The notes under the pieces are model-generated. The model did no database searches. It had not been told where the DNA came from and was given only the letters and a program-made list of their open reading frames with translations. DNA of 64,000 nucleotides, taken from contig NC_083437.1 in assembly GCF_020745735.1 (NCBI RefSeq), positions 32,798,001-32,862,000 of the forward strand, given 5' to 3'. Numbering within the stretch: the stretch's first letter is position 1; every line of letters starts with the position of its first letter. Source of the DNA: Hemiscyllium ocellatum (taxonomy: Eukaryota). This document shows positions 49,036-62,585 of the stretch, in pieces. The position numbers and the translations under genes are program-made.

Positions 49036-51957
49036 ATTGAGCTGCTTTATAATTCTGACTTGAACCTGCTTTGAAGTTAACATGATGTGCAGGCTGGCTT
49101 ATCGTTGTTCATGAGGAGCCTATTTTTCTATTTGTACCATCTGTGACTATTTGAACAGAAATAGGAGACAGCCACAGTGGGTGGGTGATGGCGCTAACAC
49201 GGTTGCTCCCTGACATCTTCACAACAACAACACTGTCCCTAATTGAACTCGGTTCTTCTTCAGCTTATAGATAACACCGTACCTTGCAAAGCAACCACTC
49301 TTCAGAGGTGTGAAAGTAATCTGTTGTGTGTTACCTCTTCTTCCTTGTCAAAGCATATTTGCTTTAACCTTATTTCTACAATCTTCAGGATGAAAGCAGG
49401 CCATTTGGTCCATCACATTGGTGCTATCCATTTGAAAGATTAATTCTTTCTCAAAGCCTTGCAAATTTTTCCTTTGCAGATATTGTTCCAATTCCATTTT
49501 GAAAAATCCCAATGAATCTGCTCTCACCATCCTTCCGAGTAGTGCGTTCCAGACCATCCCTATCTGTTGCAGAAAACAAACTGTCCTCACCTCCTCCCCT
49601 GATACTTCTTCCTCCAATTACCGAGGCTTCTGACAGTGGAAACATCTTATCCCTATTTGCTCTGTCAAAATCCCTGTACTCATCCCATTTGAAAGAAAGC
49701 TAATATAAGAATTTCAGAATTAATTTGAAAACTTGCTGTTTCAGGCTGATGTGCTGAAATTTGCCAGATATTAATTGGTGCTGAAGCTCACAATAAAATG
49801 CACATATAACCCGATACAAGTGTTACAAGTGCTGTTGCAATATATGTGCCGTCTGAAAAAAGTATATAAAGGGTCTTTTTTCTGCATATGTTTTGTTTTA
49901 AGTGATTATTTAAGAATTTGTAGTAACTGAGGTTTGACAATGCTGAACATTTTTTTTGTAGGATGTTTAAGGTCTGGTTTCCATTCAAATTCTGATAAAA
50001 TATTTGGCTACTGCATGCTGGTGTTAAATTCTTGGCTAGTTTTAAAACTGGTTTCAAGCTTCTATAATTGCTGCATGTGCCATTTTGTTAAACAAACTCC
50101 TAACGAGTTTCTTGGCAGCAAATACCCTGCCTGGAACTTTATGCTTCTTGCGCTCTGGGCTGGAATCATGAGACATTTTCTGCATTTCAAAAGAATATTT
50201 TTATTCAGTATAGAACCAGAAAGTTTCCCAAGCTGACTAGATTGGGGAATATCTCAGCTACAGCCAAATAGCAAACAGAAGAAGGACCTGACAAGCCCAG
50301 GTTGGCATTTGCTACATAACAACAGTCACTGCACTCCATTAGTAATTTAAAGTATAAATCACTTTAAGATGGTGTTATTAGGCACAGTTGTAAGTAAGGC
50401 AAACGGCATCAAGGCGATTGTTTTATGGCTACCCTAAAATACCAGATATAGTTTTTTAATTAGAGCCCAGGATTTTTGAAAGACCATATTCCATGATTCA
50501 GTTCATTTCCCCAATGAAACAATAAATCAGTGGTCTTGGTGGTTTTATCTCTCTGTCCAATGCCTCTCTTCATACCTCCTCTCTGCTCTTTCCCTCCTTC
50601 AATGACACACCTCTGATTCATGCAAGTTAATACTCAATTCCTTTGGTTTACTAATTTAATCAATTTCAAATTCAGGTGAACATTTCATTAAATTAAATGT
50701 TTAATTTTTGGGTGACTTCAGAGATCATCACTGCCCATTGAGTGCCAAAGGGCACATTATTAAAGTAGTGCTGGATAAACAATTGTAGAATTTTTCAAAC
50801 AAAATATTAGTTGACAATTCTTAGACTGCGATATATTTAGCATTCTGTTTTAAAAACAGACAGCAACCATTCCATGTTGCACACAACATCTTTACAAACC
50901 TGTCTGTCAGTTTTGACAATCCAATAATCAGTCACCCATGGATATTCTTGTATGGGTGCATTACAAAGTTGAATGTCATTTAACGGTTTCATTAATTAAA
51001 ACAGTTACGGGGAAAATAGCTGAATAATGACAAGTACAAAAGAAGCCCTTACCTGACATTCATTCATGATTCATATTGAAGGGTGTTTTGTTCCCTTTAT
51101 CTCTTTGTTGTGTTGCCCTACACCATATTCCTTCCCTGGCTGATTGGTAATTCTGCTCTGGTTCAAAGGAGCAATCTAGGACCTCTAACGTATTAGAGAA
51201 TCATTTGGCTTTTGACTGATACCTCCCTATCGAAGCTCAGTTTCTCAGTGTGTGGGTAATTGTGGTTTCCAATTTATTCTTGCAGTCCATAGGCAATATA
51301 CTGGGCTATCAATGTGTAACAACACTGACTCAGCAAGACTGTGTTTAGAAGAGTACAGTTTCCAAGATTAATGAACAGAGGCATGATTACAACGAACAAT
51401 AATGACAAGACCATTCCGTTATGGTGCCAGATTGTTTTAAATAAAAAGTCAAGCTATTCCAATTGCTCTGCGAATTTATTCAGGTATATTTGTTAAAATA
51501 TGCAGGATAGGTTTAATCCCTGATCTATGTCCAATTAGACAATTTTGGCATGGACAGCCGTGGAGTCCATGCATTAAGTATGGTGAGTCAATACAAATGA
51601 TGACAGAATGTTGCTTAATGTTGATTCTGGCAATGGCTGAATAGCCTGCTGTGTCTCATGGTTAAAGCTCTCATGTAATTACTAGGCATTTGGCTAGTAG
51701 TGGATGACTGGTGCAAGTGTGACTGTATCCCACTGACAAGATCAACAATTTCAGGAAAAGCAATGAGGAAAAAAAATCAGTCAGGCAAATTACTCGTGTA
51801 CTCTTCCTCAGACACTAACCAAATGATGCCAATTTTGCCTAATGCTAGACATGCAACCAATGTGCTGGCATGCAAACTGTACAATACTGATCTCATGAAC
51901 AGAGACAATATCTCAACTGAGACTGTATAACACTGGTCTGGACAGTGTCCATACAAC

Positions 51958-52135
51958 ACCAATCTTTTCCATCAGTGGCCCATTAATGCCGATCTCTTCA
52001 AACTATGAGTGATCTTACAATGCAGATCTCCTCAAAAGTGACCTAACAATATTGAACTCCTCCATAATCGACCTTAACATGCTGATCTCATCTATCAGTG
52101 ACCGTACAGTGCTGATCTCCTTTATCGGTAAACTT
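51958..52135 (+). repeat. ~30-bp degenerate minisatellite, about 6 copies
   Basis: gctgatctc.tctatcagtgacc.taca.t units. Confidence 0.7.
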
Positions 52136-52957
52136 AAAAGGACTATAAACACCCTTTATAACATGAAACAAATCCTCTGCTTGACCTCAATCATGGAAAC
52201 ATCTTCCTCTACGCAATCCAACTTCCAGATGGTAAAAGTGCAAGAACACAATCATTTTCAGCTTCAAGAAAGATCATGTCTTCTTGTGGAAAAGTTCAAT
52301 GAAAACCTTGAAACTAAGATTCTTTCACTTAATCAACATACCTTCGAAATACTCCAAAATCTGAGGTACTGTAATTCTATGCTGTGTGTTTCTTCAGAAA
52401 TGCTTCAGTTTGCAAATTGTTCAATAGAATAGATGTTCACACCTCTTAGGGGTGATGCAGGGTTGGGGGGTTGGCGTTAAAGGAGATGCTGATTTGTTTT
52501 CTTGTTGAAGCATTGGTATTTGAACTTTACTACTAGAAAAATGAACAGAACAGTGCAGAATTTTACTTTCTCCTATGCCCAATATATGGCCCACCAACCA
52601 GAATACCTACTGACCAGTATATTGGCATTCTTAGAACGTCTTTTGCAGTCACATGTTTGAGTGACAAGATAACATTATGGTATTTGTAAGACACATAAAG
52701 CTTCTTTGAACAGTCTACATTATTTAAAAAAGACTAACAGCGCAATGCTATTTGTTTTTATGAGTCAGAGGGGAAGAAAAATGTTACCTTCTGATAGTTT
52801 TCAAATTCAATACGCAGTTGCTTTAAAAAGTTATGAAATGTCATACTGCGGTCAAGTCATCAAAGGTATAAACTGGTAGAACCATGGGTAGCCCCACTGT
52901 AGGTGACAGTAAAAAATTGCATAACAGTATACATTCATTTGTATAGTGAGAAGGATT

Positions 52958-53182
52958 TGTGTGGAGTTTGCACATTCTCCCCGTGTCTGCGTGGGTTTCC
53001 TCCGGGTGCTCCGGTTTCCTCCCACAGGTTAGGTGAATTGGCCATGCTAAATTACCCATAGTGTGAGGTGAAGGGGTAAATGTAGGGGAATGGGTCTGGG
53101 TGGGTTGCTCTTCGGAGGATCAGTGTGGACTTGTTGGGTCGAAGGGCCTGTTTCCACACAGTAGGGAATCTAATCTAATCTA
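52958..53182 (+). mobile_element. HE1-type SINE, 5'-truncated
   Basis: Central domain and aatctaatctaatcta tail. Confidence 0.85.
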
Positions 53183-53569
53183 CAAGCATAGAGAAATATT
53201 CAGCACATGTTGCTGATCTGTTGAAATTACCAAACAGAGCTGGATTTGAAAAGTTAATTTACCATTGCAAGAAAATAGTAATTGGATTATTTACCCATTA
53301 AACACATAATTGATCAGTGCCTATCCTGGTACAGAAGTTTAATTGTTCAATGTCTTAAATGTGGGACTTTGCATATATTGAATTGAATAACATTGTTAGG
53401 GTTTTCGACTGTTGTTTCCTGAGCTGCAGTTTTGGTGAAGCATACAAAAGTGGAACAGTTATCTAAACTATGGAGTGGCTTCTCAAATTGAACATCCAAG
53501 CTCACTCAACTCTACTTCTACTACACTGAATCTGTTTCTCATGCTGCATCTGGCAGAACTCAATAAACA

Positions 53570-53845
53570 GGGTGGCATGTTGGCTCAGTGGTTGGCACTG
53601 CTGCCTCACAGTGCTAGGGATCTGGGTTCAATTCCACCCTTGGGTGACTGTCTTTGTGAAGTTTGCACATTTTCCCTGTGGAGACTCCAGCTTCCTCCTA
53701 CAGTCCAAAGATGTGCAGATATGATGAAATGGCCATGGGATATGCAGGGTTAAAGGGGAGGGTCTGGGTGGGATACTCTTTGGAAAGTTGGTGTAGACTT
53801 GATGGGCCAAATGGCGTACTTATTCACATTAGGGATTCTATGATG
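53570..53845 (+). mobile_element. HE1-type SINE
   Basis: tRNA-like head and gattctatga tail. Confidence 0.8.
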
Positions 53846-53937
53846 TGGAAAGATGAAGTGGAAACGAAACACCATAGAATACGAGAGGGCAATGAATAGG
53901 AGAGATCACAAGAGGAGGCTGACATACAATATTTTTT

Positions 53938-54225
53938 TTAGATTAGATTGCTTACAGTGTGGAAACAGGCCCAACAAGTCCACACCGACCCACCGAAGCG
54001 CAACCCACCCATACCCCTTACCTAACACTACGGGCAATTTAGCTTGAGCCAATTCACCTGACCCGCACATCTTTGGACTGTGGGAGGAAACCGGAGCACC
54101 CGGAGGAAACCCACGCAGACACAGGGAGAACGTGCAAACTATACACAGTCAGTCGCCTGAGTCGGGAATTGAACCCAGGTCTCTGGCGCTGTGAAGCAGC
54201 AGTGCTAACCACTGTGCCACCGTGC
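53938..54225 (-). mobile_element. HE1-type tRNA-derived SINE
   Basis: Reverse complement reads gcacggtggcacagtggttagcactgctgc (A box), ggttcaattccc (B box), central gtttgcacgttctccc..gggtttcctccgggtgctccggtttcctccc, and a ctaatcta tail. Confidence 0.9.
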
Positions 54226-54819
54226 TTTCTTTGAGAGAAAAAGAGACAGAAAGCCCACATTGGAGCAGGAGGATGTGAAAAGGAAAATGAAGAGAGAATG
54301 GATTAGAGAAAAGTGGAGAGGCAGAATGCCAAAATTGGAGGGTTGGAGGAAAGAAACAAAGGGAATTTTTCAATCAGATTGTTTTCATGCATGCCAGATA
54401 TCTAACATTATGGTTAACAAATCAAACCATTGAAAATGTCTAAACTTATCATACTGTCTAAAATGTTATATTGTTTGCTCTAGTTGAAGATTTCAGTTCG
54501 GGAAACAATGAACTTAACATACGTTTACAGAACTCTGACACCTGTTTGTAGCACTAACATTGAGGAATCCCCAAATATGCAAAGTAGCAATGCTAATGTG
54601 TAACCACCTGCTGGCAGGCAGTATTGCAAACCATCAATAGCTGTAATGTCTGCCAGTTTTTGAAGATGACAGTCAGTGCTTTAATCTATGTTACAGCCTG
54701 TCAATATTTTACTTGAGGACTAAATGCTTTTGATATCAACCTGTCAATTTGCTTGTCTACTGAAACTGAAAGCTAAACACATGTTGGAAAAGATTTCAGG
54801 ACAGCATAGTGGCTCAGTG

Positions 54820-55150
54820 GTTAGCACTGCTGCCTCACAATGCCATGGACCCGAGTTTGATTCCAGCTTCGGGTCACTGACTGTGTAGAGTTGACATGTT
54901 CTCCCCGTGCCTGCGTGGATTTCCTCCGGGTGCTCTGGATTCCTCCCACAGTTCAAAAGATGTGCAGTTTAGGTGGATTGGCCATACTAAATTGCTTGTA
55001 GTGTTCAGAGATGTGTAGGTTAGGTGCATTAGTCAGGGAAAATGTAGACTGATAGGGTAGGGGAATGTATCTGAGTGTGTACCTCTTCAGAGGGTCAGTG
55101 TGGACTTGTTGGGCTGAAAGGCCTGTTTCCACACTGTAGGGATTCCATGA
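54820..55150 (+). mobile_element. HE1-type SINE
   Basis: tRNA-like head, central domain and tail. Confidence 0.85.
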
Positions 55151-55964
55151 TAAATTAACTTGACAACTTTGGGATTTACTGGACACTGTGAAAGCGTCAT
55201 TTTCACATTTCAGGTAACTCTTCAAAGTATCATTAACTTTGGCCTGAATGGTACACTGGTAAAGCTATTGAGCGAGGAACTCAAAAACCTAGGCTAATAT
55301 CACAATGGCAGCTGGTGGAATTTTAAATTCAATTAATAAAACTTGTCTCATTGATGACTTTGATAATTATCATTGAATGTTGCAAAAATCCATCTAGATC
55401 ATTGATGTATTTTCGGAATGAATTGAACTATTTCTACCTGGTCTGGCTCACATGAGACTTCAGGCTCATAGCAATGTGGTTGATTCTTAATTGGTCTCTG
55501 AAACGGGCCACTGACTTATGGCCGGTTATAGTGGGCATGAAACACTGGGCTTGACAATGACACCCACAGCCAATGTAAGAATATAAGAAAATACAACTAA
55601 TGAAAATTAAATATTTCTTGGCATCACTTCAGATCCCTTTAGAGACTCAGAGTTCAGTAGATTCTAAATACACAATTGTGGCAAACTGTTTTTTTCCTTG
55701 CTTTTCGTTTATTCTCTTGTAGCCCTCTGAGAAATCTATACTCCCCCAGTTCTGGCCTCATGTCCAATTTTGAACCCCTTTGTCTACCACTGATAGGCAT
55801 TCCTTTAATCATTCGGGTACTAAGCTCTGGCATTTCCTCCCTAAATCTATGACAAGCCTGTGCCCCATTTCACTTTCAACCTAACACTTCTCTTTCGATG
55901 TCCGTATTTTGCAAATAAATTTGAATTTTGCAACGCTTCTATTGCTATATCCCTACAGAACCAC

Positions 55965-57450
55965 AAACGCAATGGCTCCCTTCATGAAAGGAGGGAGAAA
56001 GAAAGCAGGAAAGCCATAGGAAATTTAGCCTATTCTCTATCATTGGGAAAATCCTAGAATCCATTTTAAAATAAGTAGCAGCAGGACATTTGGAAAATTT
56101 TGACATCATCAGGTGGAATCAACATGGTTTATGAAAGAGAAATTATGTTTGATAAATGACGTAGCATTCCCTGAGGATCTAGCAAGAAGGATGAATAACA
56201 GGGATGTTGTGTCTTTGGATTTCCAGAAAACATTTGATAAGGTCCCTTATAAAAACTTGCGACACGAGATAAGAGTTTATGGAATTGATGGTGATACATT
56301 AGCATGGATAGAGGACTGGCTAACTAATAGGAACGAAGAGTAAAAAAAAATGTTATTTTCAGGATAGCACATTTTAACTAATGGAATACCACAGGGATCA
56401 ATGCTGAGGTTTCAGTGATTTAGGATATATCTTAATGACTTAAATGAAGAGACTGACTATTGTAAACTGTATTGATGATGCCAGGAAAGTAAATAGGAAT
56501 GTAAGTTGTGTGGAGGATACAAAGAGCATACAAAGGGATATAGATAGGACATGTGAATGGATAAGAAATTGCCAGATGGAGCAAAAAGTGGGATAAAGCA
56601 AGACTGTCCACTTTGAAGAAAGAACAGTAAAGGAGGATATTGTTTGAACGGAGAGAGACTGCAGAATGCTGCTGTAGACAGCAGGCACGTCATTAGTCAT
56701 GAATCACAAAATGTCAGCAAGGAATTGGGAAGGCAAATGGAACGTTGGCTTTATTTGCAAGAGTAAAAAGTGAGGTCTGCAGATGCTGGAGATCAGAGCT
56801 GAAAATGTGTTGCTGGTTAAAGCACAGCAGGTTAGGCAGCATCCAAGGAACAGGAAATTTGACGTTTCGGGCCAGAGTCCTTCATCAGGACCTTCATCTT
56901 ATTTGCAAGAGGGAAGAATTATAAAAGTAGAGAAGTCTAGCAACAATAGTACGGGGTATTGGTGAGACCACATCTAGAATACTGTGTAGAGTTTTGCTCA
57001 CTTGTATTTTATGATTCACTTGGTTATGGAATCAGGGGTTTGTCTTATGAAGAAAAAATTAGTAGCTTAGGCCTGTACTGATTGGAGTTTAGAAAAATGA
57101 GAGGTGATCTGGTTGGAACCGATTGATTTTAAGGGGCTCAACAGGGTAGATGCTGAAAGGATGCTTTCTCTCTTGAAGGAACCTAGAACTAGGGAGCGCA
57201 GTTTCAATGTAAGATAGCGGAAAAGAGGAATTTCCTCTCTCAAAGGGTGTTTACTGTTTGAACTTACTTGTCCAGTGAGCAGTGGAGACGGGATCACTGA
57301 GCATATTCAATGTTGAATTAGACGATTTTCAATTGACAGTGGAGGCAGACAAGTGGAATTAAAGTCTAATTTTGATCAGCTATGATATTACTGAACGGCA
57401 AAGCAGGCACAAGGGGCCGAAAGCCCTACTCCTGCTCCTGCTACTTATGG
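55965..57450 (+). mobile_element. Older, decayed CR1 LINE RT/3' fragment
   Basis: LDFQKTFDKVP, WIEDWLTNR and GIPQGS motifs. Interrupted at 56764-56898 by a hammerhead-type element. Confidence 0.85.
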
Positions 57451-58314
57451 TTTTATGAGTATTCTTCTCAAGTTCAGAATTTGGAACTGCAGTTGGAAAC
57501 AGTATCTAAAAGCTGCTGCATTGTTTTCAACAGTTCTCTCACTTGAAAGGGTCTCTCCTCCCTCACCGCGAAGTGCTGACAGGTTTTGTCCCATCTGTAC
57601 CAGCACTCAGCTTGTGAGGGCTGACTGACCCCTCCCTTTACTAGCTGTGGGAGTGCACAGTTTCCAAGGACATGTATCAGTAAGAGCAGTACTGCGCTCT
57701 CTGTGTAGGGAGAGTCCCTACTGGAAACTGACAATCATGGAGCAAGACCTACAAGAGAAAATAATTAAGGTGATCAGAAAACAAGTGGAGGAATTCAGAT
57801 AGCATCACAAGCCACAAGATTAAACCTCAAAGTGAGGTTGTAGCTTTATAATCAGTTCTTTAAATGCACAGCACATTCATGGCATATATTTATTCAATGC
57901 ATTAAATTTGGTCCTTTTCTGCCAATGTGAGTGATCAGATTATTCCAATGTAATTAATGATATCTAACAGATATCCAATATAAAGAGTAACCAATTGTTA
58001 CTTAACCTCACTGTTACTTAACCTGTCTGTTGATTTAATTATAAAATAATAGCTAATTGAAATTTATTATAACACAGCCAATTTAAATACTATTTACATA
58101 TGTATTTATTTTCATCTGAATACAAAGAAATGTTCAGTAATTTGAAGCTATTCAACTCAAGTAGTAGGCCTTCCTTGCTGTTGTTTATGTTTACCGAGTG
58201 AGACTGTACCCGGGTTTAAGTCAGGTCAAGAGGGATAGCAGTAGTGTTTATTTAGATGAAGAATTGGGAGTCTGAAAGTTAGCTTGATTGACAGTTATGG
58301 CCACATCGTCCTAC

Positions 58315-58509
58315 AGATAGAGTCATAGAGATGTACAACATGGATACAAACCCTTCAGTCCAGCTCATCCATGCTAACCAGATAACTTAAATTAACCTAG
58401 TCCCACTTGGCCCATATCCCTCTAAACCCTTCCTATTCATATACCCAACTAGGTGCCTTTTAAATGTTGTAATTGTACCGCCTCCGCCACTTCCTCTGGC
58501 AGCTAGTTT

Positions 58510-58549
<40 letters not shown>

Positions 58550-58680
58550 CACACCACTCTCAGTGTGAAAAAAGTGGCCCCAAAGGTCTCTTTTGAACTT
58601 TTTCCCTCTCGCCTTAAACCTACACTCTTTAGTTTTGGATTCCCCCACCTCAGGAAAAAAACCTTGACTATTCCCACCAT
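58315..58680 (-). mobile_element. CR1 LINE 3' end containing a (CA)n expansion at 58510-58553
   Basis: tagagtcatagag tail; FKRHLVGYMNRKGLEGYGP. Confidence 0.88.
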
Positions 58681-60788
58681 CCACTTGCATGTCCCTCTTG
58701 CTGCCCCCACCATTTTCATCAACAGCAAAACTAAATCATTGGGGAGGGAGTCTGGGATTTTGAGAACCTTTTTCTATCTTCAGTCGGGAAGTTTTTTGGT
58801 CCCGGCTACAGATTACACCACAACATTGTCAGTGCGGACCAATCAGAAAGCGAGGAATCCCGCAGTGACAGTTTAATACAGCCATAAAAGCTAATAAGCA
58901 GCACGCTGTGAAGTTTATTTAATTCTTTTCTCAATTCACAATTTTATACATTCTAATTTGGATGAAGACTCTACTGTGTTACTGATCCATTTCTCAATTG
59001 GGTCTTGTTTTTTTGGCTGAATGCCTCTGTCATTTTGCTGACAGTTAGAATATTGCATGTTGTTGATTTGTGATGATGTCCAGGCTAAGCAACTAATGAT
59101 AGTGAAGTAACCACAGCCAGTTTATCAAGTGTTCATCAAGACTTGATTGCCAGGAAATAATGCAGACTGTATGCATTAAGTTGGCTGCAATATATTCTGT
59201 ATATATTTTTCATTGTGGAGGCAAAACTATTAATACATGGAAAAGAATTAAACATTATAATCCACTCTCAGAAGTTACTCCACTAATAAGCTCAATAACA
59301 GTATGATTCTTGCCCCAGATAGTTCTCTCGGCCTTTTCAAATTCCATATGCACATCCTATTATACTTTTCTGCCTCACTTCCATTGTCCATGACCTCTGA
59401 TTAAAACGGTAATCATTATTATGTTTTCGATGGATTTTCCTCAATTATTGTACTAGTGGCTTTGACCTTTCATCTAGACTGTTCAGTAATGAATAGGAGT
59501 CATGAATGAACAACATGACCAAGCAACAGAACTGAGAAGTCACAATACAGACGCTATTTCGAAGGTATGTTGGTATAGAGAATAAATGATGCCTAGGGGA
59601 TTTATCAAGGATTTTGAATGATTTCATCAACCACAACAGTGATCATGTTACATTGCCATGTGATCCCTAAGCGTGTGTTATGAATTTGAATTGTCCTCCA
59701 ATTTCAAATTTTAATTTTTATCAGTGCAGACAAATCCCTGCTGAAATCCACTGTTAAAGTTTAGGAATAGGTTAAGATTCCTACCTTCATCATTTCAAGT
59801 CGTGTCACATTGCAATCAAATTGCATTCTTATTGTAATATATTATCACATAAAAAAAGGTTACAATGTGCAAACAAATCTTCAAATACTTAGTGTTGGAA
59901 TTTACCCTCCTAATGACCAAATAATCCCAATTGCTTTTGCCTGCCCAATTCCATATTCTTTCATTTGCTTTGCCTGCAACCACCTATCCAAGCTAATCTT
60001 CACCACTAATGAAGACAACAAGTTTGTTTGTGTTGGACTGCCACTCTGATTTACATCAATCCCAATCAGGCATTAGTGACACAGCTTGATACCTGTGGAG
60101 TTCATTAATATACAAAAGCTGCACTTGCCAGGTAAGGATACACTGTAATGTCCCGCCACGGGAATGGATGTAAGGAATTCGACCAGATTCTAGAAATAAT
60201 GAATCCCCTATAGTATCTGCTTCAACCTTGAAATACTGCAATTTTGTAACTCTTTCAAGGAGTTTTTCTTTTTCCCTATTCTGAATCTCTTAAATTTAAT
60301 TGTGTTTCTCTGCCTTGTTTAAAATCTAATTACTGAACACAGCCTGTTTCTCTCAGAACTTTCTTTTAAAAGATATCTCCTTGGTACATGGCTATTACTG
60401 GTAAGTTCAGCATTTATTGTTCATTCACAATTTCTTTGATGTAGTGATTGTCTTCTTTTTAAAGCACTTGTGGAGGTTTGATGACATGGAAGAGCTTGCC
60501 AGACCACCTTAGAGGATAACTGAAGAGTCAACCATGTTACTTCAATCAACTTTACACTTCTACCATATTGCCTCACCACGTAAACTGTTCAAATAAAAAT
60601 GTTGCCTTAAATTGCAATAAGTTTATCCAGTAAGTCGGTCAGCCACATAGATCAAGAGACTCTGAGATTCAAGCAAATTAACTGGTCTGTTAGCATTCAG
60701 GGCCCTACTGTTAGTTTTAAGTGCTCCGAAGTGAGATAGAGAAATGTGACCTCCTCCGTTGTCTGCCAACGAATCCTTACTGGACATA

Positions 60789-60961
60789 CAGAGGAACGTC
60801 AATTCTCCGAAGGACACAGGCAGGGAACATTTCATTTGGCTAATCATTCCAAATAATCGAATGCCGAATAACATCGTTTAGCCAAGCATCAGGACCGTTG
60901 CACCCTTGCCGGATAATCCGATATTCGGATAATCGAATGCTGGATAATTGAGGTTTCTCTG
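60789..60961. mobile_element. Tigger/pogo-like (Tc1-mariner) MITE
   Basis: TIRs cagaggaacgtcaattctcc / ggataattgaggtttctctg, preceded by TA; subterminal ggataatc repeats. Confidence 0.7.
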
Positions 60962-62585
60962 TGTATATATTTGTGGTGACCATTGCTGATGGCAGTGATG
61001 TACCTTGTGTCGAATAGGTTGGTGAAACTCCATAAACTCTCCAGACTCACACTTGGCCACTTGTGTCAGGTACCAAAATGTGCTTGACCCCCCCCCAGAC
61101 ATGGAAACCCACTGGGGACAGGGATGGGGATTAGGAGGGGGGAGCTAGGGGGGTGGTGGCAGAATGAATTGACGCTCAGAGAAAAACCCAGTCAGCTAGA
61201 AAGTTGCACTGACTACAAGGGCTTTCTCCTGTTTTGTACTAAAGTCTGATTGACAAAACACAGTGGCCAAGAACAGTCACTGGCCTGCTGAAGAAATAGT
61301 AACAAGAGGAACATTCAAAAATAGACACATTATTTCTATTTTTATATAGTTTGAGCAGCAAGTTACATACTTACAGCCTTATCTTTGGCAAACTGTGGCA
61401 GTTTTCTTCATACAAGGGAACATGTTTTTTAATCGTTCCTGATTGTTTTCATTATTTAGGCAAGGGATGTTATGCTTCAGCAGTTTATGTGTCTGATTTA
61501 TGAGGGAGCCCAGCCTCCAAAATGAATCCTTCCCTTTGTAAGGCAAGGTTTATAGCCCTCTGCCCTGAAGGCTCCAACAGGGCTAAGTGGTAGGAAAGCT
61601 CCCAGGACTCAGAGGCCCATTCAGGAAAAAGGGGAGGGGGGTGGGGAACTTGCCAACTTTAAGCATGCTGCAGTTACGAAACAGCAAAGACTAATTTCTC
61701 CTTAATGACCCATCAGCTGATTGGGACCCACTCTGTACTTGGGCAATGTGCGATTTATAGCTTCAGTGAGTAACAGAAACAGAAAAGTCATTCTTGTGAC
61801 AAGGTCTGTCCGGAAGCCACCTGCAAGCATGTGAATGTCAAACCTTGCAGACAGTGAGGTTCGACATGCTCGTAAATTCAGCTTTATCTGAGTAATTACA
61901 TAGCTATCCTGACGATGTGCTGGGGAGTTAATGAGGAAAGTGTCAGATGAAAATAATCATAACTGTGAAAGGGAAGGGGAGGTTGAGGTTACCTGGGATC
62001 AAAGCAAGTCATGGACAACTGCAGCTCCATGGGGTTACATTTAAATGTGGTCAGCAAGCTGCAGATGTTTAAGTGAACAGAAGCATTAAGGTTGTAAGTC
62101 TTCACTGGTCTGAACAGTGGCTGTCTTGGATAACAGACTACATTTTTCAGGCAGAAAGGGTTTTTATTTGTCAACCTTGGATAAGTAGGGAGCATTCTTA
62201 GTCAGATCATCCTAAGTTTAAGTTCCAGGTTGAACAGGTAGTTGGCACTCTATTGCTGAGGATGTGGTACATTGTTGCTGGGGATATCTTTCTAATGAGA
62301 CATTAAATGAGACTTCATGTGACTTCAATGGGGATACAAAAGCCCCATGGAATGATTTAAACATCATTATGGTGTTTGGGCCCATAATTATCCCTTAAAC
62401 AATACAATTGAAGCGGTTTAATTGGTCGATATCTCATTGCTGTTTGAGGCATGTTGCTGTGCATAAATTGGTTGCCACATTTACTACATTACAATGGCAA
62501 TTACAGTTCAAAAATACTTAATTACTTATCAAGTGTTCTTTTAGGCATCCCCAAGTTATGAAAGGTGCTGAATAAATGCAATGAG

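Noticed and set aside
61115-61160. G-quadruplex-like G tracts (also 42457-42478 and 61631-61646)
   Set aside because: Short, common low-complexity tracts with no supporting context.
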